DNA of 63,954 nt, counting the filler, from Elsinoe ampelina (Eukaryota): NCBI GenBank assembly GCA_010093995.1. It is 6 parts of 6 records of this genome, joined end to end, with 100 filler letters (N's around TTAATTAATTAA, not from the genome) between each part and the next. Parts side by side here need not be neighbours in the genome. Positions count along the whole stretch, not along the records: positions 26,841 to 38,047 come from ML992571.1; positions 38,148 to 49,020 come from ML992572.1; 4 more parts are not named here. The stretch is one strand, 5' to 3'. The position numbers were made by a program, and so were the translations under genes. Positions 26,841-39,967 of the stretch are shown here, in pieces. The first letter of the stretch is position 1, and each line of letters opens with the position of its first letter. The notes beneath the pieces were generated by a model, which was not told where the DNA came from, ran no database searches, and worked only from the letters and a program-made list of their open reading frames with translations.

Positions 26841-27213
26841 ATTAAGACTTATAAGCTAGTCTATTTACATAAACAATAGCTGCCTAGCTATTATTAATAG
26901 TTACTATTGTTGCTAATAATTATAAGCTAAACTAATAGTAAATTCTTACTAATAATTAGCTAACACTAACAATTATAAGCAATTATAAAGAGATAAAGTA
27001 ATAAGCTAATCACTTTACTTATATATAACAGGACAGTTCTCTAGCTTTAGTAATCTATACCAGAGGGGGAGTGTTGTAATAGAAGGCTGGTACAGCTTCT
27101 CTAGTACTAAAGAACTGGTACTGATGAGTCAGCGCACGCACAGTAGATAAATCGGTTATTGTAACTCTCTGAATGAAACACACGTCTCTCGATCCGATTT
27201 GCTAGTTACAACA
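26841..27213 (+). mobile_element. LTR retrotransposon family A, 3' end: RIPed internal sequence, PPT and 142-bp 3' LTR (27072-27213)
   Basis: Polypurine tract AGAGGGGGAG directly before TGTTGTAA...TTACAACA (inverted termini). Nearly identical to 37712-37853. Confidence 0.9.
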
Positions 27214-28310
27214 CTTCTTTTACATCTGCCTCACCACCAGCACATCACCCGCCAACCCGGAGGCTTCTGTGAGCTACCTATCGTCTCATTGGCCCTCAGA
27301 ATGCCCATCTATCACGTTGCAGCTCAAATGACCCGCTCGTTCCTGAGCCACCAAACCTAGTCATCCCCGGGATCACCAAGCATCTCCACTCAACACACCA
27401 CTTGTGGTAACTTCAAGACGTCGATCCTCCTTATTCAGATGCACCACCAGATGCATCCGTCCACAGTCGCACTACACGTCCATCAAACCATTTGCCTGGA
27501 CCAACGCGTTTCTTGGGTCTGGCTTGGACATGCGAGCGCACTCTGGCGGTATGTTTATGCCCGCTGATGTCCGACAGCTCGCTTGCAGTCTTCGGGATGC
27601 GGGAGTCTGGGAGAGATGGCTTCGCAGCATCTTCCATACTTCTCCGGTATCAACGGCCAATAACGTCGATCCTTCTGCAGCGTGGATGGCGGTGTTACTT
27701 GTCCCTGCAGCTGTGCATCTTGAGCTGGCGCCTGAGTCGGAATCCCACGACGATCCTCCTCGCCATTCTAGCTCGAGCAGTTCACCCCGTGCCTGACGAC
27801 CCGTGGATCGATCTGTCAGTGACACAAGTAACCATTAGCAATTGGTACGTTTCAACTCTCGTTATGGGGTATCCTCAAATCTAGTGGTTCTCGAACTTTA
27901 TGACACTCATCTAGACGTCGTCCAATCCCCGGTGGCTAAGCGCTGGCGTTCCTGTGCACCCTGGCTATCCGCCTACCATTCCCACCATTCATGTCGCTTC
28001 CGTTGATACGTCCGCCCACACCCTGCACAATCAAAGAAGCTTGGCATACCGCCGTCCCACAACCTTCCCACCATGCTCACAACCGCCAACCTCATGCGGC
28101 TGCTGCACTAGAATACCCCCAAAGTCTTGACTCCTTCCCAATCTTCATCATCACGCTACTCGGCCCTTTGATAACGAATGGCTCGGTGGCGCACAAGACT
28201 CGGAAACATGCTGGAGTGCGGATGATCGACAGGATGCGCGGTGCACCGAACATCCTCACCTTGGCAGCGCCCCCTGTGATAACGCCCAAGCATTCGCTCG
28301 CGCCGGCTAG

Positions 28311-29714
<1,404 letters not shown>

Positions 29715-30794
29715 AGCTCTGCCTCAGCATCCTGAGCGATGATTTTCACACAAAATTTCTGTAAATACTTTTTTTGCGACATGTCGATTTGGATTTGGAG
29801 GAGGATCATATGCCGACCGATCTTAAAGAGTGATGGAGACCATGAGCAAGCTACTTGATTGTCTCTTGCGCAAACAGAGCTTGTATATAAGAGGGATGCA
29901 TCGGAATCGGCGCGGACCAAAAGGCTCGGAATATTGAGGTCGTCGATTGCCCTTCATGAATTTTCTATCTTATCTCACATGACATTACTTTTGCTGCTGT
30001 CGCGATTGTCCTGCCCCGCCGTGATCGCCACACATTGCACAAGAGCATGTTCATACCTTTAACGAGTGCTCGCCTATCAAGGATCTCGTTGCACGACACC
30101 AACCACAACTCGGAGACTCTTCCAGAGCTCCAGTAGCCACACTCCAAAACACCATCAACCACCGGTGAGCTTCCTCACACCACCCATCCCCTCGCCCCAT
30201 GTCACCACGTAAGGCGAGTCCCCACCAAGCCCTCCCCTGCATCAAAGCGGCACCCATCAAACCCTCGTTCCCTCCCATCGTTCCACCCGTTTCAGCTTGA
30301 CAGCCGAACAAAGTGGCAAACCAGCGGTACGCGGTACGCCTAGAAGCTTTCGCGGCAGGGAGGAAAGCAGACCCTTCATCGCCACTTCGCGTGCAAAGAA
30401 GAGACAGAAATGAATTGTGAAACGTGGTGCGTTTCAGGACCTGGGGCGTGACAGGCGAGTGCTTACCGGTGGCATTGCCGGGCGAGGATGAACGATGTGG
30501 CTTGGAACTTGAAGGGAGGTTCTGGGATTCAGGGGCATGTATAGTGGAGATGGGGAGATGTTGGTGTTTGATGCTCGACTTGGGAGTGCTGCAGAAGTGG
30601 AGAGGTGTTGGTTTGGAAGCGGTGGAGTTGTTTTTGTCTTCTCCTTCGAGACATGCCTACCGAGGGCTGGAGATGATCGGCCTCATGCAAGGGCTTACAA
30701 CAGCGATTGCTGAACCGGCTCGATGTAAAAAGCGGAGTGGCACTGGTATGGCAGTTTGAGGTTGTAGAGGAGAGCAAAAAAATCGCAAAAAAAT

Positions 30795-30875
30795 CTCCCC
30801 ATCAGGGAATCGAACCCTGGTCTCCCGCGCTTATCGAATGACAAGCGGAAATCATCACCACTAGACCAATGAGGA
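30795..30875 (-). tRNA. tRNA-Asp(GTC) with 9-nt intron
   Basis: Reverse complement reads TCCTCATTGGTCTAGTGGTGATGATTTCCGCTTGTCA[TTCGATAAG]CGCGGGAGACCAGGGTTCGATTCCCTGATGGGGAG. A and B boxes present; an oligo-T Pol III terminator follows. Confidence 0.93.
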
Positions 30876-31160
30876 CACGTATTGTATCTCGGTCGATACT
30901 TGGATAGTATATAATAGCTTTATTTAATGTGATAACAGTCGCCCGCGAACATGAGCAGAGCGGCTTCAGGCTTATTGGAACCTCAGCATGATGACCAGCG
31001 GGACTTTGGAAGAGTGACACAGGTCTCATTATTATTTTCTTCCTCTCTTATATGCCCCATAATACCTTCGGCCCAGACGCCATGCCCATATATATCATAC
31101 AGTCGTTATATTTGTACATGAATCAAATCGTCAAAACGTGACCCACTGCTGACAGATCGC

Positions 31161-32984
31161 TCACACATCATACTGAGTCCTCAGAGTCTCCTGACTCGGC
31201 CGCGGGCTTATATCCGGTATACTGCTATCAGGTGTGCATCTCGAGCTACCTGCGCTGCTGATGGGTGATCCTGATCTCCTGTAGTTGTTGATGACCCTGA
31301 CATGCCTCGCGACTTCTGTGGGATCCGGCTGAGAAGAGTAATCTGGAAGTACATCGGAGTTGTAGGAAGGTAGAGAACTGGCTCGAGATCGTGAGCTCCG
31401 CGTATTGGCATATTGGTATACAATATCCCCCGGAAAGTTGAGACCAGTACTCGGAGCAAGGCCCGAATGGCGCTTACGAATCATCTCGGCTACAATTTCG
31501 TGAGCGTATTGGAGACCTTCAAGCTGAGCCATTGATTCCTCGAGGTCGCCGGGAGTGGATTCCAGGCCAGCGTTCGCGACCAAGCCTTGCTTCTCTTCGT
31601 CTTCGGATTCTTCATACGACCCAAAACAGCAGGTACAAGCGCGTTTGAGACCTGCCCACCGTTTCCTCCAAGCTTCTCTTCTTGCAGCTCTGCGATACTC
31701 CCGAGCCTTCATCCTCTCTTCGCGATCGGCCAGACGTTCGACGCGGCGACGCAAAGAGCAGCAACGTTTGCGAAGGAAGTAGAAGAGGCCAGCTAGACCA
31801 AGGGCCGAAGCTAGGGCTTCCAAAGATATGACTAGCGGGGTTTGAGAATCTAGCAATTTCTTGATGGCGTCCTGCTCGTTCTGTACCTGAGCGGCAGCGA
31901 CAGCGACAGTTGATACTTGACACTCGGCCTGAAGCTTATCCTTGTCTGAGGTCCGTGAAGGCGGTTGACACTCAGATTGGAGGTGATCTTTTTCTGAGGT
32001 CCTTGAAGGAGGTTTACACGAGAGTCCATCTTTTATGTTTGTCATCACAGCTTGAGCCCGACTCTTGAAATGCTCGAATCTGTTCCCATGGAAAGCTGTG
32101 CGAGCGTGTGAAATGAATGCGTGTTTAGGACAGGATGGAGATTTGCAATGGTCCTCCGAGCCGTCCTCGGTCGTAACACCGTGGGTCCGTGAGTCCGGAG
32201 CGTTGACACTTATGTTTGACTCTGCATGGCGGAGAGTATCTTCCTGGGGCGGTGATGCTTTTGTAGTCGGTGACGCGGTACCACGAACTCCGTCCTCTAG
32301 ATCGGGCTGTCCGCCGTGGAAGAGGGAAACCTTGGCAATGTGTGCCTCAGGTGAGGGATGAATACGGAAACCAGTTGTCTCAGGCACCCGTCGTCCTCCA
32401 ATGGAATCAATATACACCGATACAACGGGAGTTTGTATCAGAACTCCAGACTGTTTATCGAAGCCACAGGTGAGCTCGGCGCGGAGAAGATATGCGTCAG
32501 TTTGATACGGTAGCAGAGTGACTGTTGAAGCGGGTGTGGAGCGAGTGAGGTGAAAGCTGGTACCATTGATGGAGAAGGCGACAGCGCAGTCTTCCACGGA
32601 TTTTGGCTCGACCTTGAAGTCGAACACCTGAGGCAAGGCGAGTTAGAAAATGGACAGGAAGTTTTTGGGGCGAAGGAGGGGAAAGCATACGGGGTATACG
32701 TCAGCTCCGTCCACAGAACAGCCTTGGCATGAAGTAACCACGACTGCCTGGCTCGAACCTGTTCGACTTGTGGATGGAACAGTCTCGATGAGCGCAGGTC
32801 CATTTGCCTCATTGCCACGATGTAAAGCACCGCTTGAAGCTTCCCGTTGGACTTCGTCTTGACCCTGGTGAAAGTCCCGATGTCCTACGCGGTTCGGAGA
32901 AGCGGCGGGGGCGGCGAAAGATGTGAGAACATGGGAGAGAACGAGCGAAAGGATAGCAACAGCGAACGAGAATCTCATCTTCAT
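31161..32984 (-). CDS. Hypothetical single-pass membrane protein (signal peptide, one TM, Ser-rich tail)
   Basis: N-terminal hydrophobic MRFSFAVAILSLVLSHV; two ORFs joinable by an intron near 32640-32695; TM LVISLEALASALGLAGLFYFL followed by basic RKRCCSLRRR. Confidence 0.75.
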
Positions 32985-33386
32985 CTCGAGAAGAATTCTT
33001 CACCAGCGAAATAAGAGCGCAACGAGGTTGCTGTCGCTCACGTTGTTTGCGCGGCGCGTATTGAGGGATGAAATCACTCTCTCATGACTCCAGGCAACCA
33101 CATTTGATGTCGTTCACAGCCTCAACTGTCAGCACCCGATCGAGCGACGTTCCTTTTATCGCAGGAACAAGTTTGTCCGAGGTCCCGACGCGACGATCAT
33201 GAGAACGCGCCGTCCCGTGCTAAACGAGTTCCGAATTTCCGTCCCATCCAGGATCACGCGTGTTGACTGAGTCAGGGACTTGGCGAGCTTGATTCAGGCT
33301 GTTGGCTTGCCTTTGTGTCGCAACAACGACTTTGTAACCCAGATACTTCTCTACGAACAAAACGACCCGATATCCTGCTCGCAATC

Positions 33387-33867
33387 ATGGTATCGATGAA
33401 TCCCCAAAAATCGACATTGGCAACTGACACGTAGTTTGTAGCTTCCACTGGGCATTCTCAATGTCGCCCAAGGGCATCCAATGCTAGTCGAGCTCAAGAA
33501 CGGAGAAACGCTGAACGGCCATCTGGTCAATTGCGACACATATATGAATCTCACTCTCAAAGAGGTGGTACAGACAAGTCCAGAGGGTGACAAGTTCTTC
33601 CGGCTGGCTGAAGCCTACATCAGAGGGAACAATGTGAGCCGGTTTTGTTAAGAGCTGAAGACTAGTTGTTGACGACGATAGATCAAATATCTACGACTGG
33701 AGGATGAGATCGTGGACGCAGTCAAGGAGCAACAAGCGCAGAACCAACAGCAAGGCAAGGGAGGAAGGGGAGGAGCGTCGGGTAGAGGTGACTTTGGTGG
33801 TAGAGGGGATCGAGGGAGAGGGGGTCGTGGAGGCCGAGGTCGCGGCCGTGGCTCGCGTGGAGGATGA
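33387..33867 (+). CDS. LSM4: U6 snRNA-associated Sm-like protein Lsm4
   Basis: ATG|intron|[48 protein letters not shown]|intron|IKYLRL, then an RGG-rich tail. Not captured by the ORF track. Confidence 0.95.
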
Positions 33868-34485
33868 AAGTCTTAGAGTTGGGAATACAACGACCCCCTC
33901 TCCACGCTGGTTTCATGTCACATCAAGTTGTGGCCTGCGGGAACTGGAACGAGGCACGGCAACGCAGCTGCAGGACTGTGCAGGGGCCAATGCCGTGCAT
34001 ATGCTGTGAGATGCCGCAGGTTCAACAATACGGTAAGCTCAGTAGACCGCTATGCAAGACCAAGGATAGAGCTGCTGCTGGGTCGCTCCAGGTTTACTAC
34101 AGGGTCGCTTAGATCGACGATCATAAGGTCAACAAGTGAGATAGCATAGCTAGATAGGCATGGCTGCGAATCAAATGGCGACAGCCCGGCACCAGTCTGC
34201 CGGCTCTTGATGATCATGCCGTTCCGTGCGTGCAGACGGGAGTTGCAGTGTTGGTGTTCAAGGATGCTTACCTGTAGTTCAAACTCGACGTAAATTATTC
34301 GAACGCCAAGGCACATGTTCAGGTCGCCACTTGCGTCAACGTCTGAGCTCAGCTTGACAAGCAGTTCATCATCAATCGCTCTGTCCACCTCCGCTTTCGC
34401 TTCCATTTCTGCTTTTGCTCGGATTTCTTTCCTACTGCACGGCGCCCTCGACAGCGATCGGCGGAAGTTCACTTTGCGAAGCTTC

Positions 34486-36242
34486 ATGCCACTGACGCTA
34501 GTCGTTGCAATCGGCTCACGGGACTGTCGGCGGGTACTTGCCAGTGCTGTTGCTTCCCACTGTCACACCTTTCACGCATGCGCGTCAGCACAGGCAGTCT
34601 CCGGTCACCTTGCTCGAAGACGGCTCTCCCCTCCCAATCAGCAGTCTGTGGCTACCACGCCAGGACCCATTGTCCCAATTTTGACCGGAACTTGTCCTGC
34701 CCTACCTGCAACATTAGGAGGCAGATTTTCTCGCATCACATGCCGTCCCGCATCTACAGCAAGCCACATGCAGGAATGGGCTTCCGATCCGACACCTAAC
34801 CTGTTCGATCTAGCCCGAGAATATGCTGCTCGAGGCGACATTGGTCGTACGGTTGCGCTCGTCGATTATCTCATTCGGCAACGCGGAGAGCCACCCAATT
34901 CTCGACTGTTTGCACCCTTGATACTATGCAATGTAGATCCCGAACATGGATCGCCCGCAGCAGTGAGAGGCTACCTCAAGCAGTTGGATGAGGAAGGTCT
35001 TCCAGTGGACTCTGGAATATGTCATGATGTCCTCAAAGTCAGTCAAGCTCGTCGCTGGACGATTTGCACCATCACTAAACAGAACAGGTCTTGTCAATCC
35101 ACGTTGATCACATCTTACGTGCAGATATCCTCGATTACATGCGTAGGACATGGTTTACGCTTTCTACCGAGGGACAACAGGACGTTGCCGCTGGTCTGAT
35201 TCGTGAAGGATCCCTGGAGGAAGCGCTACAGATCATCAACAATTTACAGCAATCTGGAGAGCGCGTACCGAATTGGCTCGATGACATGGCTACGTACGCC
35301 CTATTGCACGCCGACAATTTTTCGGGCGCTCTCGACGTGGTAACGAGTCGCGAGGCATCAAGAGAACCAGGTTCCTCGTCTAACCTCGGCGATACCATGC
35401 TGGACGTGGCTAGCAAGTTGCATCATTATGTTGGAACGCTTCACGGCTGGAACGCCCAAGTCCGTCCAGGCCGCGCTAATCCGTCTATTGGTACCTTACT
35501 AGAGGTGCTAGCGACTGCAGCTCAACACGGTGACACTGATCTTGCGGTTCAGGCTTTCCGCTGTTTGGGTCAACACGCGGTTACCTTCTCGTGCCGCGAG
35601 TACGAACTACTCTGCCAAGCGTACCTGTCAAAGGAGCCACCCGACTTGATTGGCGCATTGTCGACAGCCTCCACTATGGCGGAGAACGGCATCACTCCGG
35701 ACCGCTCTTTCACGAGAGTCTTTTACGCCGTGTTCGAGCATGATCCTCAGAACGCACAACACGGCTTCGAACTAATGCAGGAGCTCCATCGGAACGGTCG
35801 GAAGGTATCACTGGCGCTCATCAACACGGTACTCGAGTCATACTCGTCCAGACGAGACCTGGAACAAGCCATGTCCATCTACCAGACTATGCACGAATTC
35901 GAAGTGTATGGACCGCCTAATGAACCGAGACTTCCTTTTGCGAATGCAACGACTTATGAAATTCTATATGATCTTGCTGGTCATGCTGGACAACAAACTC
36001 ACGATTTGATGGTGTCGTTGAGGGAAGAGCAACGCGCCTTGGGCGTGTCAACCACTCCGAAGATGCTCGAAGCAATGTTGACTTGTTGCGTCAGCAGCGG
36101 GGATATGGACGAAGCTAAGGAGCTGCTCCGTGAGGCGGAACAAAGCGGCATATTTCCCCGGCCTGACAGTGTTGAACATTTCGTGGCCACGTTAGCCAGC
36201 CGACGGGATGATCCATTCGCAAGTACTCGTCCAGTGGAGTAG
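34486..36242 (+). CDS. Pentatricopeptide-repeat-like protein, probably mitochondrial
   Basis: Two long ORFs joined by an intron near 35038-35088; helical repeats (LINTVLESYSSRRDLEQAMSIYQTM, MLTCCVSSGDMDEAKELL). Start codon uncertain. Confidence 0.7.
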
Positions 36243-36918
36243 CCACGAGTGCCTGGGAGCAGAGGGTCCTTCGGTCCACCAAGCGAGTATGATGTAGTAT
36301 AACGTAGATCAATCCTTGCCCACGAACCTGGCCATTCTTCACTTGCGTGATAGCTCCATGCAGTGTGGACATTGCTTTGTGGGTTTATCAAGCCAATTTG
36401 GGTCGTACCGCATCTCAAGATGTGGCCCGGCATTACCTCTCTAGATCGGGTGGAGTCTTCGTACCCTCCTCTACAAGTTACCGTCAAACTTGAAGATCGC
36501 CGCTCCGCTGTTCTTCGGCATGACTTATTAGAACTCGGCCAGGGCTAGCAGGGCTGAACGGCCGAGCTGCATGATCGGCGCGAAACATGTACCCTGTCAA
36601 GGATCGACCCATGGAGCCGTCGACAGCTCCTTCGCCCGCAATTGCCGCCAATCTATTCCACAGACTTGACTCGGTAACTTGGGCGCTTTTATCCTTACGA
36701 CAGTTCAGTCATTTCTGCGGCATCACTGCGTCAAGTACCAAGCATGTGCGAGGACAAACGTGACGGGGAGCTGAAGTAGCGCATTCACACGGTACCCCCT
36801 TGAGCTAGCGGTTCGCGAGTCGGATCATGAGACGGAAAGGCATATATTCCTTGAGACCTCTCTTGCTCACCACAATCATCCGTCTTTGAATCTCCAATTG
36901 ATTTGGCCACCCTCCATA

Positions 36919-37711
36919 ATGTCAATGTCTACCACATCTCACCGGGCGCTCCTTCCCGCACCCACTCAAACCAATGGTCCTGGGAGCAATGGCAATCCTA
37001 CCACCACGTCGGACCGTCCCAATACGAAGCCCAAGAGAGCCCAGATCTCCGTCGCTTGTGAGGTCTGTCGTCGCCGCAAGGCAAAGTGTGATGGTCAGAG
37101 ACCACACTGTGCCCCATGCAAGGCCAGAGCTCTCGACTGTCGATACTCGGCAGACGAGAACACCACTCGCATGATGACACTCAAGCGGAAGTACCAAGCC
37201 GTCACTGAGAGGAACGATGAGCTTGAAACTCTTGTCAATCTTCTCCGTGATGGCTCAATGTCGGAAGCTTCGACGATTCTGGACAGACTCCGAGCCGGCA
37301 TGAACATCCATCAACTCATGCAAATGACTCGTCAAGGGAATTCAACTCCAGGCTACCCTGGGATCGTGACACCGACGTCGCCTCTCATGTCCCTCGACGA
37401 TCTCAGGTCACTACATCAGCATGCCTACCATGACTTCGACCGTCGCAGCTCCACGAGTTCGATCCGAGAGAGAATGTGTGTGAATGCGCTACTCGTGATT
37501 CCTCCGCCTCAATCCGATCTACCGGCCTCACCGACATTGAGGAACACTTCTGAACTTTATGGTAGCCCCGACTCCACGGAGAGGGTACAACGACAGGGCC
37601 AGAGATGGAGAGACTATGTCGATCCGGCCATTACCACAGCGGACATCACTTCATGGAGTTCGGTCATCAGTGACAATAATCTTCTTGTACATCTCATGAG
37701 CATGTATCTGG
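36919..37711 (+). pseudogene. Zn(II)2Cys6 transcription factor interrupted by an LTR retrotransposon
   Basis: ACEVCRRRKAKCDGQRPHCAPCKARALDC. The ORF reaches WSSVISDNNLLVHLMSMYL (start of the middle homology region) and then runs into the LTR at 37712, which supplies the stop at 37717-37719. Confidence 0.85.
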
Positions 37712-38047
37712 TGTTGTAATGGAAGGCTGGTACAGCTTCTCTGGTACTGAAGAACTGGTACTGATGAGTCAGCGCACGCACAGTAGATAAATCGGTTATT
37801 GTAACTCTCTAAATAAAACACACGTCTCTCGATCCGATTTGCTAGTTATAATAGGTTATAAGCCCGGCGCTTCTATAAAAGCACTTAAAGCTATAGCAAA
37901 TTAAGCGTGTTATTATTAAAAGGATTACTAAGCCGCCTACACTAAATTCTAGACTAGCTATATTAAGATAAACACTTATAGTAGCCCGCATTAACCCTTT
38001 AATTAAACAGTTTAAATAGCTTAAACAAGCTAATTACATTAATTAAA
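37712..38047 (+). mobile_element. LTR retrotransposon family A (Ty1/copia-like), 5' LTR (37712-37853) plus RIPed internal start
   Basis: LTR is near-identical to 27072-27213 and is followed immediately by GGTTATAAGCCC, a RIPed form of the GGTTATGAGCCC primer-binding motif typical of copia elements. Confidence 0.88.
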
Positions 38048-38147
38048 NNNNNNNNNNNNNNNNNNNNNNNNNNNNNNNNNNNNNNNNNNNNTTAATTAAT
38101 TAANNNNNNNNNNNNNNNNNNNNNNNNNNNNNNNNNNNNNNNNNNNN
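38048..38147. other. Artificial contig spacer
   Basis: 44N-TTAATTAATTAA-44N. Confidence 0.97.
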
Positions 38148-38266
38148 TTATTTAGGAGTTCTATTGATTTAGTTATCTCTTAGTTTATTAGGTTAAGTAT
38201 TTATGTAGTTATAATCCACCTTAGTTTAGTGGATCAGGCAGTAATAAATCTCTTTCTCCCCACACA
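38148..38266 (-). mobile_element. LTR family B, second copy (inverted, cut by contig start)
   Basis: Reverse complement matches 26308-26430 (shared ATTACTGCC..AAACTAAGGTGGATT..AACTACATAAATACTTAACCTAATAAA). Confidence 0.75.
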
Positions 38267-39313
38267 CAAGCTGACAGAGCACTTGGGACCTCGAAACGGA
38301 CAGGCATTGGACAACGACGCCGCCACGAAGCCTTTCCAAAGAGAATCTCCACTTGCCTGAACGATTTCCCTCGGCTTGTGTACTCCTCGTTGCCGTCGAC
38401 CTGGGTCTGTGCTATCCTGGCCCTCTGCAACCGCAATCAAAAGTCGTATAAGCACTGACTGGCGCTGTCATGATGATCTTGCTCACGCTCCGAATTTTCC
38501 TTACGTATTTTTGAAAGACGCAAAATGCCACACGGCCGGGGTCTTCTCCTGACTTTCAAAATCCACCCACTCGGAAGGTGCCTTTGACGAGAGGCGTGAA
38601 CGCTTGTCTGAAACAATGGTCTCTGTCGCTTCTCCAAAGGCAGCCGCCACCTGTCAGGCATCTCCAAGCGACACCCGCACCCTTCCACACTTGCTTGGAT
38701 AACAAACCAGAGCGAGGCTTTTTGCAATTGCTTTGCAATGACGATCTGCAGTCGACTTGCGTCACTGGTAGATGATCGTTCAAGTATCATCGCTGATTCT
38801 GAACAGAACATCAACAATGGCAGCTTGAGCACAACCTGGCGACCGACATTTGGGGACCTCTTTGTTCAGACTGCCCAATGCTCTCGCAACCCTAGAAGCT
38901 TTACTCAGCCCTGGTGTCACAGGTAAATATATGCTCATCGAGTCATTTCCCATTTCTAGAACGGCTCAAAGTCGCTTCCAGAATGCTCGCGCAAATTGGA
39001 GCACTACAATCGACGGGAGGGCTGACCTCAAGTTGTCACTATTGTTTGAGCAACTTCACCCACTTTGAACATGAAGACAGTTCTGACGTTCGCTTGTCTG
39101 CTCTCTCATGCTGCATACTTCACGGTTCCATCAAGCGGCTCTGCAGACCAGCGAGGCCGGCACTATGTTACCGTCCGCATGATGGACGACAGTACGCCCT
39201 GTGACTGCCAAAAGTAAGGTCCGGTGGAGAGGGTCTTGCTATAGAGCACAAGGCACCGGTGAGCCCAGACATGTGACTACCTTCAAAGTGCTCGACATTG
39301 GCATTCCAGCAAG

Positions 39314-39967
39314 TCACATGACCTGTCCTTTCCCTTGAGCTTTCCTCTCTGCCCAGAAAGACCTTCCATAATTGATGAGAATCTCCTCACCAGGTGAGAT
39401 GCCCCGACGTCTCTTCCCAGCCTTGCCCGACCCAAGGACAAAGATACCAATTCGCCGCTCCCACCGACTACGACTTTGCCCTTCACCCGGCGGTATCTGT
39501 ATCCAACAGTCTTGAAACTCGGCATTCGGGGAATCTGCGACACCTCGATAGTCATTAACGAATCTGGCTTCATTGCCCATTCTGCCTGCATCAACCGATA
39601 CGCCAAGCTCTCTGTCCATGGACAAGTCGTAATCCGATTCTGCATCCGTATCTTCCGGCGCATTGGTATGGATAAACCCAACGTACGGCAGGATGAAACT
39701 ACCAGGCGTTAGATGCTTGGTCGCAAATAGACCACATTGACCGTTAGCAGGGTGACCTTCCTGCGTTACAGGTCGTATCTGAACGGTTGGACATGGCGAA
39801 GCGAGGGATTCAGCGCCAACTTTGCTCCACCCAGCCGTTGCCGCGGTCGGCGTATGCAGCCTTTTCTGCAGGTCCGCCGCCACGGCTGACGAGTATACAG
39901 GGTGGTTGGTGAAGACAACCCCTGTCACCCAATTGTCGGGTACTGATCGACGATTATCTCCTGACAT
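39314..39967 (-). CDS. Small SET-domain protein (putative lysine methyltransferase)
   Basis: GQCGLFA, GNEARFVNDYRG and GEEILINYG motifs. Confidence 0.9.
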   Translation of the reverse strand: MSGDNRRSVPDNWVTGVVFTNHPVYSSAVAADLQKRLHTPTAATAGWSKVGAESLASPCPTVQIRPVTQEGHPANGQCGLFATKHLTPGSFILPYVGFIHTNAPEDTDAESDYDLSMDRELGVSVDAGRMGNEARFVNDYRGVADSPNAEFQDCWIQIPPGEGQSRSRWERRIGIFVLGSGKAGKRRRGISPGEEILINYGRSFWAERKAQGKGQVM

